A stretch of 63,653 nt of DNA, counting the filler, from Welwitschia mirabilis (taxonomy: Eukaryota): the NCBI GenBank assembly GCA_051453625.1. It is 4 parts of one record of this genome, joined end to end, with 100 filler letters (N's around TTAATTAATTAA, not from the genome) between each part and the next. Parts side by side here need not be neighbours in the genome. Positions count along the whole stretch, not along the records: positions 23,985 to 49,895 come from JBOZIK010000001.1; positions 49,996 to 59,650 come from JBOZIK010000001.1; 2 more parts are not named here. One strand, written 5' to 3'. The translations under genes were made by a program, and so were the position numbers. This document shows, in pieces, positions 41,601-54,146 of this stretch; position 1 is the first letter of the stretch; each line of letters opens with the position of its first letter. The notes beneath the pieces are model-generated. The model searched no databases, was not told the DNA's origin, and was given only the letters and a program-made list of their open reading frames with translations.

Positions 41601-44600
41601 GTCCTTAATAAAAAAGCAAGTAAATAACTACAATTGCAAGCTAAATTGTCTTTAAAAAAAGTCCATATAAAAATTAAAAAATAGGCTCATAAATAATCTT
41701 AAACACATTACATAGTAAAATAACATGTAACACATAATGTGTATGGAGTGAAAATTTCAAAAATTATATCTCATGAAATATTTAAAATAACTTGAAAAAT
41801 AATGAAAATGAGCCATGAAAATGAGTCCTACCCTTTCCTCGATAAAAATAATACATCTTGTATTGGCTAGTGAAGTAAAGAAAGTAGATAAAAATGAGAA
41901 GGCAAACAATGGGTGTCTTTGAATTTGGAAAATTAATGAATGAAGTGTAAAGCTGAGTATAGAAATGTCAAATTTAAAAAATCAAGATGTATGAAATATT
42001 CTGACAAGCATGGAAAGAGTATGCAATGAAAATGTGATAAGTAGAATGAAGTAGATTTATAAATGCCCAAAAAATGTACCATCACAAAAATAATTAGAAG
42101 CAATGTTTAGAACTATAAAAGACTAAAAATAACATCATAAAGAAACACATCTATGCAAGAAATGAATTCTTTATTAAAGATTAAGCAAGGAAACCATTAA
42201 ATGTTAAGGTCCTAAAATGATAAGAAAATACAGAAATGACTTTCGAAAAACTAACTAAATAAAGAAATAAAAACAAAAATAATGAACATAAGACAACACA
42301 AAGAAGATAGCATAACTACCCTCAATTTTAATCTAGCATACTCCCATGGAAGAAATAATAACATTACTTAAATTTTAAAATGCATGACTTAATATATAAA
42401 AAATTCCATTCAATAAGGCATTGGTTATAATGANNNNNNNNNNNNNNNNNNNNNNNNNNNNNNNNNNNNNNNNNNNNNNNNNNNNNNNNNNNNNNNNNNN
42501 NNNNNNNNNNNNNNNNNNNNNNNNNNNNNNNNNNNNNNNNNNNNNNNNNNNNNNNNNNNNNNNNNNNNNNNNNNNNNNNNNNNNNNNNNNNNNNNNNNNN
42601 NNNNNNNNNNNNNNNNNNNNNNNNNNNNNNNNNNNNNNNNNNNNNNNNNNNNNNNNNNNNNNNNNNNNNNNNNNNNNNNNNNNNNNNNNNNNNNNNNNNN
42701 NNNNNNNNNNNNNNNNNNNNNNNNNNNNNNNNNNNNNNNNNNNNNNNNNNNNNNNNNNNNNNNNNNNNNNNNNNNNNNNNNNNNNNNNNNNNNNNNNNNN
42801 NNNNNNNNNNNNNNNNNNNNNNNNNNNNNNNNNNNNNNNNNNNNNNNNNNNNNNNNNNNNNNNNNNNNNNNNNNNNNNNNNNNNNNNNNNNNNNNNNNNN
42901 NNNNNNNNNNNNNNNNNNNNNNNNNNNNNNNNNNNNNNNNNNNNNNNNNNNNNNNNNNNNNNNNNNNNNNNNNNNNNNNNNNNNNNNNNNNNNNNNNNNN
43001 NNNNNNNNNNNNNNNNNNNNNNNNNNNNNNNNNNNNNNNNNNNNNNNNNNNNNNNNNNNNNNNNNNNNNNNNNNNNNNNNNNNNNNNNNNNNNNNNNNNN
43101 NNNNNNNNNNNNNNNNNNNNNNNNNNNNNNNNNNNNNNNNNNNNNNNNNNNNNNNNNNNNNNNNNNNNNAGAAGTTCAAAGTTCAGTTCAATTCGAGAGC
43201 AGAGTTTTCAAAGATTTTACTACTAGCCTTGTGAAAGTGGATGCCCCTGTTTCTGAAGAGAAAACATTTTAGCTCCATCTCCAGGTTTTAAATTTTTATA
43301 TTTCAGATGTTGTAAATGTTATATTTCTGAGTTTAATTCCTTAGTTATTTGAACTCAATAGATGTGCTGTAGCATTTCTTTCTATGAAAGCAAGAAACTC
43401 TTATGTGTGCATAATATGTTCAGCTGCAAATAATTGGAAACCGGTTACTGCAAGTGAGAATTCATTTCAGTTTTAGATAAGTGAATGTTCCATTATATAC
43501 CAGAAATTTCCAGAATTTTATTTTATAGAGTAGATGGTTCAAAAGAAATTTCTTAATGAAAAACATATGGATTTATCTTCCTTTTATTTTCTGATCTCTA
43601 AATACTTGTCCTATTCTAAAATTGTTACCATTAGATCTTGTGATAAAGGCCTCCTTTTATTAGCATATTAANNNNNNNNNNNTTGCTGTCAACAAAAGGG
43701 AATCTCTACAGTAGTCTTAACACTACTTGTATAAATAAGAAACTTTGAGGTTGAAATAGAAATTACATATTACACTGGGAACTTCAAAATCATCCTTCGA
43801 AAAGATGTAGTTAAAAAGTATTTTTTGATGATAAGAAGCATATCAAACCATATGTAAAACATATTTTTCTAATATCACAACCCTTTTCCATAGCTCTAAT
43901 GGCTCCTGTCACAACCATTTTCCCACTAATAGCTTACAACATCCCTTTTCTTAGTCATTATGACTTTAAAAAGCCTCTTTACCGACACTATTTTCTTAAT
44001 TCCATGGTCAAACCCTCACATAGGTGCTAGTATTCTGACAACATCACAAGTCAGGATTTTCATATCAATTTCTCTTACTATTAGGGTTTACTTTTAGCTG
44101 CTTCTTCTTTTGTTTATTCTTTTTGCATGTTTGATAACATATATTTGAAAAAAGGAGAAAAGCTTTTTGTAAATATTACTAGGATAGCAACAAGCTTTTG
44201 GTAACAATTTAATTCTTAGCACATGTCTATATTAGAACTTTTCAACTAGTAGTTTAAATAAAACGCTCTTTATTTTATATGGAGTTTGGTATTAAGTAAG
44301 AATATTTTTACTTTATTTCGTTTAAATATTATTACTATGTCCTACTAAGGAGGAAGTATTATTTGGTAGATTTTTCCTTTAGAGTCTTAGGCTATGCCTC
44401 ATTATGGCTCTGCGTCGTCATCTTGTAATGGCTAAAAATTATAGACTGTTGCCAAAAACTAAAGGCAAACAAGAGTATTACTACTTTAGTTAACACTCAT
44501 CAGGTTGTAATTAGCATTAGGGGTCCCTCTTTAAGATGACACAAAATACTTTATTTTGTACTAAACTCAAAATATTAAGAATGGATACACGAATGATGCA

Positions 44601-44884
44601 ACATCTAGAAATGTCTGAAGAACTACTAGAGGGATTGTGAGGAAAAGATATTTGAGCTAACACACAGAGAGATTTCTAGAAAAGTGAAAAGAGAAAAAGG
44701 GAGAAAACTAATGCATGTCATTATAAAAGAATCCCACTGTGTCTTTCAATTCAAAGAGAGTAAGTAGATGACATTGTTAGAGGGCACAAAGCTAAGCATG
44801 TTGCTAAAACACTCCAATTCTTTTAGGAAGCAAATTTCTCTTAGTCTAGAACCCTATAAAAGATAAAGAGAGTGAGTCTAATGA

Positions 44885-45696
44885 ATGCCCTTACTTGTAT
44901 AAAAAGAATGCAGAAGCAACTTGACCCACTTGTGCAAGTTCTTTATAGTCATGTACAACATGTTATCATCTTCTTCTTGGGTTTCCTCTCCTAGTGTAAA
45001 TGCATCATCAAGCGCTTTAAAAAGTTCTTATGGGTTATCAATGTTTAGTAGGTATTTGATTATCCAAACTTTCTTAAGAAGTAACTTTTAAAGATGTAAT
45101 ATAGCATTCTCATATGAATGCTTTATCATATTTCTTATCTCTTCATGAGTGGCATTTGTGTCTCTAGTAAAACCCCATGCTNNNNNNNNNNNNNNNNNNN
45201 NNNNNNNNNNNNNNNNNNNNNNNNNNNNNNNNNNNNNNNNNNNNNNNNNNNNNNNNNNNNNNNNNNNNNNNNNNNNNNNNNAGTAACTTTTGAAGATGTA
45301 ATATAGCATTCTCATATGAATGCTTTATCATATTTCTTATCTCTTCATGAGTGGCACTTGTGTCTCTAGTAAAACCCCATACTTTTGATAAAAGTGATAT
45401 TAATATTAAATTAAGTTGGTTTATCCCAGAGAATTTCTATTGACTGGGGAAGAGGTTTTAAAGGTGGTAAAGAGTATGCTTCGTCAAGTTTGAATGCTGC
45501 ATCTTCTAGTTTTCTAGTACTAAAGCTTGCATTATCATGTGCTTANNNNNNNNNNGCCAAATCTGCTATCTTTCTTTTACTATACTCAACATCATCATAA
45601 TGTTTATTTATAATGTCTTGGAGTTATAACCTCAAGTTTTGTGGGATTGGTTTTAATTTTCTTTAGAAGCCCATCATGCTTTTGCACATCTTGGTC
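44885..45696 (-). pseudogene. Intronless fragment of a CDB1/CDB1L (At4g37920/At1g36320-family) chloroplast protein, 3' partner of the chimera
   Basis: With frameshifts: [11 protein letters not shown] / [136 protein letters not shown]. These match recalled family motifs NQLDSTLVLMITKAW, KYLLNIxDPEE..AL.DAFxPG and LYTTPKELHKWIK. Confidence 0.75.
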
Positions 45697-46113
45697 AATG
45701 GCATGTTTACTCTCATCCATGTTAGCTTTGTTCCCAACTAATATTTTATTCACATTGTCTAAGGCATGTTGTTCAATATTCCTAATCTAACTTATAATAT
45801 TGTTAAATGATGATTCATATATCATATTGTAGATAAGAATAATTCCCATAGCACCATAATAATAAGCTGTTATAATAATGCAAAATCACTCTTAACCAAT
45901 AGTATTCCATATTTGTAATTTTATGCGCTTGTCATCAAGTTCAATTATCCTTAACTTGAAATCAATCCCAATAGTGGTTATGAAACTTGTAGTAAAAGAA
46001 TCATTAGAGAAATAAAAAAGAATACAACTTTTCTCAATATAACTTTCACCAATTAGTAATAGCTTGATGACACAATCGTAATATGCTTGAGCTTATGCTA
46101 GTGCAGAAGCCAT
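45697..46113 (-). pseudogene. RABE1: Processed (intronless) RabE1/Rab8-type small GTPase pseudogene, 5' ~139 codons
   Basis: One continuous frame: [134 protein letters not shown]. It is colinear with plant RabE1, has four in-frame stops and has no introns. Confidence 0.95.
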
Positions 46114-48723
46114 GCTAAAGCAAGATAGCTAGAACCTGAAAGCCTAAGAAGAAGATGTTTGAAGCCATAAGATTATTATATCTTTTGATTTTGATAAAAT
46201 ATGAATGAGATAAAAGCCTCTACTTTTTGAAAATGATTTGTTTAGTTTCTTTTGAAAATTTTTTAAAAACCTAAGATGATTTATTTGTTCATTTTCTTAT
46301 GTAAAATGATCTGTTCATCTAAAATGTTAATAATTATTTTATATTCTCTTATATTATTGTAATTTATAGCATAGAAAATAAAAAGGCTTAGTGGTAATAA
46401 ATAATATAGCTTGATATAGTATTAAATAGAGAGGTTTAACCTAAATGTAAAGCTAGGAAAAAGGGGGAAAGGTATGTATTAATAAATAGAGTAAGCCTAT
46501 TGTATTGAGCTAAGTTACAACTTTGATTTCTTAATAATAAAGAGCCTTTCTCACAAATATTACTTATAAATTGATGCTTAAGTTATTTCACATGAGAATA
46601 AACCATACAAATACTAACAACTATTTGCTTAAATTAGAGGGCAAAAAAAAGCCCTTATTGAACTTGGTAAGCAAATTAAATAATATTGCTTGATTGATGT
46701 GCCATTTCTAATGTGCTATATCTTTAAGGCCTTTGTAAGTTATATACATATTTACAATTAGTGTAACTTTCAAAATTAAATTCCTTCACTTCTATGTATC
46801 ATTGATTTTATCCACACTCTTTTTGCTTATAGGGCTTAAACATAATTTTTACTTCTATTAACATTCTTCAATGGTAAAACTTGGATTAAAAATCTCTAGT
46901 AATTATTTATTATTGAGATAATTGCATCCTCAAAAACATGCAGGATGAAGCATTTGCATATGATTTATGTCATGGAATTGAAATGCATTATCAAGTAAAG
47001 ACACTTAGCAATGATGATTTCATGCACCAAAACCTGCATAGCTTGAGACATTTAGCAATGATTGGTGGAATGGAATGTGTGTTGTGAGGTTTTAGGTGTT
47101 ATTGTGCTTGAAATTTATCATAGAAAGGAAGTAAATAAATTGGAAAGAAGTAAAATTAGAACATTTCAACGGTTTATGAAGCCTCTACAATCAAGCAAAA
47201 GTCATATTACTTTAAGTGAAATTAGCTGTACATTTGAATGAAGAATTTTGCTGCACTCTTTAGCTGTGATTTTTTGACTTCTATATTGATTTTTATGTTT
47301 CAACCTTGAAAAGTTGTGATTTAGAATTTAGGATTTAGGGTTTATCGTTTAATATTAATTAAACTAGTGGTTATTAATACATTGCTTATTTAATAGAGTT
47401 TTTTTTAAAACTGATTAGTATCATATGATAAAATAGGATTTAGACTTTTAGTACTACTTATACATGATACTAATCCTAAATTAAGATTATTCATGATTAA
47501 TTTAGAATTTTAAACATCTGTCTTTCCATTATATTTTTTGGATTCTCATATAACCATAATGGATTTTTCTCTTTTCCCTTAATGTCTTTATTGAGATGCA
47601 AAGAAAGATGCATTTGTCATGTTCATCTATAATAATTTACCTTGTGTTGAGACTATTATAGGAACACATCTAATGACATCATCATATCCATCGTCCTCAT
47701 CTAATAAATCCATTTATGCAAGGGACAAGAGCTAGATGTTTATGAATAGGTATTACATATCCAATTACATTTAAAGTTATNNNNNNNNNNNNNNNNNNNN
47801 NNNNNNNNNNNNNNNNNNNNNNNNNNNNNNNNNNNNNNNNNNNNNNNNNNNNNNNNNNNNNNNNNNNNNNNNNNNNNNNNTAGAAAGGAAGTAAATAAAT
47901 TGGGAAGAAGTAAAATTAGAACATTTCAAAGGTTTATGAAGCCTCTACAATTAATAAAAAGTCATATTGCTTTAAGTGAAATTAGCTGTACATTTAAATG
48001 AAAAATTTTGCTACACTCTTCAGCTGTGATTTTTTGACTTCTATATTGATTCTTATGTTTCAACCTTGAAAAGTTGTGATTTAGAATTTAGGTTTTAGGG
48101 TTTATTATTTAATATTAATTAAACTAGTGGTTATTAATACATTGCTTATTTAATAGAGTTTTTTTTTAAACTGATTAGTATCATATGATAAAATAAGGTT
48201 TAGACTTTTAGTCTTACTTATACATCATAATAATCTGAAAGTAAGATTATTCATGATTAATTCAGCATTTGAAACATCTATCTTTCCATTATGTTTTTTT
48301 GATTTTCATATAACCATACTGGCTTTTTCTCTTTCCCCTTAATGTCTTTATTGAGATGCAAAGAAAGATGCATTTGTCATGTTCATCTACAATAATTTAC
48401 CTTGTGTTGAGACTATTATAGAAACACATCTAATGACATCATCATATCCATCATCCTCATCTAATAAATTCATTTATGCAAGGGACAAGAGCTGCATGTT
48501 TATGAATAAGTATTACATATCCAATTACATATAAAGTTATTTCTATAACTTTAAAAATTTTACATANNNNNNNNNNNNNNNNNNNNNNNNNNNNNNNNNN
48601 NNNNNNNNNNNNNNNNNNNNNNNNNNNNNNNNNNNNNNNNNNNNNNNNNNNNNNNNNNNNNNNNNNTTTAAAGTTATTTCTATAACTTTAAAAATATTAC
48701 ATACTTATTTGTCTAATATTACT

Positions 48724-49860
48724 ATGTATAGGAGATGTAAGAAGTCGAAGAATGGTGTAAATAGATTCATAGGTTTTGTGATTAACAATTTCTTCAGTTC
48801 TCAAGGCATACTTTATCCATGCGTAAAATGCTGCAACACTTGTTATCAATAACCAAATATTATTTTTGAGCATATATTATGGAAAGACATGAATCTTACA
48901 TACGTAAGGTGGATTATGCATGAGGAAGTATCAAAAGAATACTATGACAAATGTAAAGGCCTAAATATAATATAGGATGACCCTATTTCCATGATAAAAG
49001 AAGCCTTTATGTTCTTTAATGATGGAGAGAAATCATATGAAGAAAAAAACATCATGGATTTCTTAAATTCTAATAACTTTAGTGGTGATGTAAAAAATGT
49101 AGAATATGATAAGTTAATCAAAGAAGATAAGGACCCATTTTACCATGGGTGCGTAAAATATATAAAGCTTTCTATGAGTATCAAATTGCTTAACATTAAA
49201 GCATGGGTAGATGATCAAATTCAACATTTTCAATGTTGCTTGATCTCTTACATAACTCTTTTCCAAAAGGTAACATTAGATTATATTTTACTGATTGATG
49301 TCAAACTAATGTTTTTTGTATAGCAAATTTTGTATATCTTGTGCAGNNNNNNNNNNNNNNNNNNNNNNNNNNNNNNNNNNNNNNNNNNNNNNNNNNNNNN
49401 NNNNNNNNNNNNNNNNNNNNNNNNNNNNNNNNNNNNNNNNNNNNNNATCAAAAGAATACTATGACAAATGTAAAGGCCTAAATATAATATAGGATGACCC
49501 TGTTTCCATGATAAAAGAAGCCTTTATGTTCTTTAATGATGAAGAGAAATCATATGAAGAAAAAAACATCATGGATTTCTTAAATTCTGATAACTTTAGT
49601 GGTGATGTAAAAAATGTAGAATATGATAGGTTAATCAAAGAAGATAAGGAGCCATTTTACCCTGGTTATGTAAAGTATTCAAAGCTTTCTATGAGTATTA
49701 AATTGCTTACCATTAAAGCAATGGGTAGATGATCAAATTCAACATTTTCAATGTTGCTTAATCTCTTACATGACCCTTTTCCAGAAGGTAATGTTAGATT
49801 ATGTTTTACTAATTAATATCAAACTAATGTTTTCTGTATAGCAAATTTTGTGTATCTTGT
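48724..49860 (+). mobile_element. Second CACTA transposase, N-terminal part (cut by the scaffold end; partly duplicated)
   Basis: GVNRFIGFV...ILYPCVKCCN...IFEHILWKDMNLTYVRWIMHEE (transposase-associated domain), then YDRLIKEDKEPFYPGYVKYSKLSMSIKLLTIKA. Confidence 0.85.
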
Positions 49861-49895
49861 GCATAAGATGTTAATCACTTGAAAGTCTAAAGATA

Positions 49896-49995
49896 NNNNN
49901 NNNNNNNNNNNNNNNNNNNNNNNNNNNNNNNNNNNNNNNTTAATTAATTAANNNNNNNNNNNNNNNNNNNNNNNNNNNNNNNNNNNNNNNNNNNN
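49896..49995. other. Artificial scaffold spacer
   Basis: 44 N + TTAATTAATTAA (49940-49951) + 44 N. Confidence 0.95.
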
Positions 49996-52299
49996 AAGAT
50001 CCTTGTGAAGGTTTTGGGCCTTACTATGCATTTAGGTCAAAATTGTAACCTACATTTATAAGTTAGGAGCTTCACATTTTGGCTTCCAATTCTACAATGT
50101 GGGTTAGCTTATGGTTCATATCTATTATGTATTCAAGGCGTGGCAGGGTGTGGGCTTCAACATCTTGGGTAGCTTGGATATTTGGTGTCTAACTCCTAGG
50201 CTGGTAGGGACCACCCATTTGTTTTCACCATAGTAAGTGCAGTACAATTTGCCATGTATTAACTTAATCACCAAGAAAGAAAAAAGAAAAACTGTTGAGA
50301 TTACATATTATTTCCTTCTATTTTGGCTTTTTTTCAACCATATTAGTATTTGATCCACACTGTTATAATCTTTTTTTGTTATATCTCAAGAAATCTCACA
50401 CTCATCATTTTGACTCTATTGGTCTCCATGACCATACTGCTATCTTATCTTGGGAAGCTGAGATTGGACATCGAGCAAAATGTAATCTCTGGAAATCCAG
50501 ATTCATCATCTTCATCACTATAAATAGTCTTTTCTTGTAATATAATCTGTAATGGCCTCCTGGTAATGCTGTTTTGCATTAGTCGTTATTTTTGTGTTAG
50601 TTTCCTAGATATTTTTGCAGGCTTGTGTCTCTCTGCTCAACCAATTTTATGTGATTCTGAGCTTTTGCTTGGTTGTAACTCTGCTTTATTTCAAGGTATA
50701 TCAATCATAAATAAATGGAAAAATTTTCATGGCAATAAAGGTACGAACCCAAACTCATGGCTCCTATAAAGTATAACAACTTAAACACAAATTCTGTTAA
50801 AAAGATAACAACTGTGTCTTTCAATATACAGAGGAAAATGAAAAGAAAATTTAAATACGTATGCCACTCTGGCATAAATATTTGTTTTGAATTAGAAGGA
50901 AAAAAACATGCATGGAAATGTGCTGTAAGATTTCACTGGAAGAGAAGCACTTGTTTCCTAGCATGGCCTTGCTTCCCGAGGGCCTTTTCCAATGCCACAT
51001 TGAAATTAAGAAAAGAGGTCGTTTCCATTCTGTAAAAGCAGAAAAGAATGCACTGTTATTCGATAAAATGACAGCATTTACATTTTCAAGGGCCTCACAT
51101 GATCAGAAAAAAGCAAATTTTGAAGTAGCCAGATCAAATAGTAAAACTAGTAGAAGCATAATTGTTCCGTCATGGGAGGGAATTTAACACAATATTTGTC
51201 ACCAACATCCCACATGATACTTATACTCAAGTAAGATATTTATATCTAAATAAAGAAAACCCAGGAGAGATATCTTCACAACGAAAAATTACCTCGGTGT
51301 TCTGGCAATTATTTTCATCAGTGTTCATTTTATAAAGTTAAGATAAATGAACTAGATCCCTGCTAAGGAAGATAGCTCTGTACATGTTCAATTCAGCAAC
51401 AAATTCCTTGATCAATTAACCTCAATGAGGACATTCAAGTTAATTAAAAATAATGTATATAGAAAAGCCTCAAGATACATCTTGAATAATTGGTCATATT
51501 GGAGGTCACAAGAGTCAAAAGGGACTCAAGAGAGCCCAACACTATCAAATGGACAAACATATTGACGAAAAACGAAACTAAATTGATCAAGATATCTTAG
51601 ACTCAATCGATTAGGATATTCTCAGAGACCATTTTTAATAAAAAAGAATAAAAAAGAATTAAGGAAGATAATACTTTTGATGACATTTCCTAGTACTGAA
51701 ACCTTTGTTCAGAAATTGAAGGTTACTTTTTCAAACTCAAATGTCAAAACACATACAAATGGAACAAGAGAGCAGAAGATGTAACAATGGTTTGGCCTTT
51801 TTTTAGTTTACATCTATGGGAAAAGCATAACACAAAGCTAATCTATTGATCTTGACAACATAGAAGATGCAGCATCCTGCATGAAAATCTTATCAAACCA
51901 AATTTCAGGAGCCTACTCCAGAGACAAAAGNNNNNNNNNNATGAATAAGCAAAAATAATTTTACATAGCTTATTCCTTCTCTTTTACGACTCAAAAGCTC
52001 AGCCTAGGGGAAACAGTATACTAATTATGAGTTCTACCCTAAATATTAGTCTACAACCTCCAAACTCAAGGTAAAGGGTCTTGAACATGAGATCTAGTCA
52101 AGTGACACACGTGTTGCACATCTTTAAAACTTCACAGCAAACAACTTAATTTTGTTGACATCCAGTTTCCATAGCATGCTTTAGAAGTCACTTCTTTTTT
52201 TAATTTTTTTAATTTAAACATGAAAAACAAAATCTGCCATCTAGAAAACAAGAAAACTCGAGAGCCATTCACCAAGGTGCCAAATTTGTTTGACATGCA

Positions 52300-53225
52300 A
52301 TCTTATTCCCTTACAACAATGAGGCTATTAATATGTAGAAATAACATCTGCAAGTTATCATTCATGTGGATCTTTACAATGTACAACCACCCATCCTTTA
52401 AGATTTTCTCCATGAATAGGTACTTGATATCAATATGCTTTGTACTTAAACAAGAAGTTGCATGTCTGGTAAAATCTACAATATTTTGACTGCCACTAAA
52501 CATCCAAGATCTATTCTGCTTGTATCCAAGCATGCCAAGGAAGAGTCTGAACCAAATCATTTGGTTAATTACTTTTGTTTGTTGGAGGGGGTTTTATTAC
52601 CTTTGTTGCAACTATGTCTCGACATTTGTCAAAGGAGGTTCAAAAGAGTTCAAGTGTCAAGTGCATCACTGACGATAAAGACAACATGGCAGTTGCAAAC
52701 CAAAGTATAAATGCTAACAATGTGTACCTTTTAGTTACCTTCACATCCATTTAAACTATTTCCTAATGATAAGGTACAGGGCTGCTGATGAACCTTAAAA
52801 CAACCCCTGCTATATGTGCAATATTTATCCGTCTAGAAACCACACATACATCAGACTTCTCACCATAGAAATATAGGGAATCGAACTCATATACTGCCTA
52901 CTGTTCACAATCAAAGGACAAACTTCTACAACTACTTAAAACTGAGGAGGTTGCAGAGTTGTATTAATTAAAAAAATACAGAGAAAAAAGAAATATTCCA
53001 TCACCATGCTAACCTAAATGACATAGGTTTTTTTACTTACTTTATTAGTTTATTCTTGGCACATCTATCTCTTGAAATCTTCACACCAAGAATATGCTGG
53101 TTAGAATTATGATAGGTGGTTACAACATGTGATCCCATCTCCATGAGGCAGTCTATGTCTTGACAAACATTTCCTACAATCAACATATCATTAAAATAAA
53201 GTAGTGTTGTGGGACTCACCATAGG
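52300..53225 (-). pseudogene. Ty1/copia RT-RNase H relic
   Basis: LLYFNDMLIVG (decayed YVDD), HILGVKISRDR, AIWFRLFLGMLG and STKHIDIKYLF. Confidence 0.85.
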
Positions 53226-54146
53226 TCCTTACAAACTCACTGAGTTGCAGATTTGTGGGCTGCAGCAAGTATATTCTCTTGAACTCATTGAGACAAGTTC
53301 AGGTGTTGCAAACTCACCAAGTTTGAGAAGCAAAGAAGCCCATAAAAAGGGTTAGGGAGTATTGACGTGCATTTCAGATTTACACAAGAAATTTCAGAGA
53401 AAACAATAAGGGCCAGCTTCCATTTTCTCACTTTTTCACATTATTTTGCTATTTCTCTCCTTTTTCTTATGCTAGGAAGCTTAAGTACCAAAGAATATGT
53501 TTTATGGTTCACTTGGTTTTGTGTCTTCTTAATGTCTTTGCACTGTTCTATATTATTAGTACTTGTGTAACATTGTGTATCTTTAGAAATTGCAAATGTT
53601 TTCCAAAAATGAAAAACTATGGTAAACATAACTCATAATGACAACTTTGACACATGGTTGTTTTATTTTTCATTAATGTAGTGTATTCCAAAACTTGTCT
53701 AATATACAGAAATCTTTTATGACCTATTTGAATGAATGAAAATTCATTACTCTTTAATAGATCGTAAGACAACCCAATCTCTTTTCACCTTCCTAAGTTT
53801 CATTCATGTTTTGCTAACGTGTCCAATTCTAGGAAGCCAAATGAGCTTGGCACCAAGTCTGAATTTCAGAACCATGAAATACAGTAGTATAATGATAGTC
53901 TTACTTCCAAAGATTCCCATAGGAATACACAATGAACAACATCACATCTCATGTACCACTTTTTCATTAAAAAATCATATTTGATATACTAGCACTTGAA
54001 GTCTCATTTCAAACCATATAGGCCTTGTCTCACTTTGCAAACATGGCTTGGAGTTGTGTTTTCAAACCCTTTTTGGCCAGTGCATGTAAATTTGTTCTTA
54101 CAAATCTCCATATGAGAAAGTAAAAAGTTTTGGTCTATGACTAAAG

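Noticed and set aside
47320-48105. TTTAGGG-like motifs as interstitial telomere
   Set aside because: Only 2-3 degenerate units are present, and such telo-box-like motifs are common.
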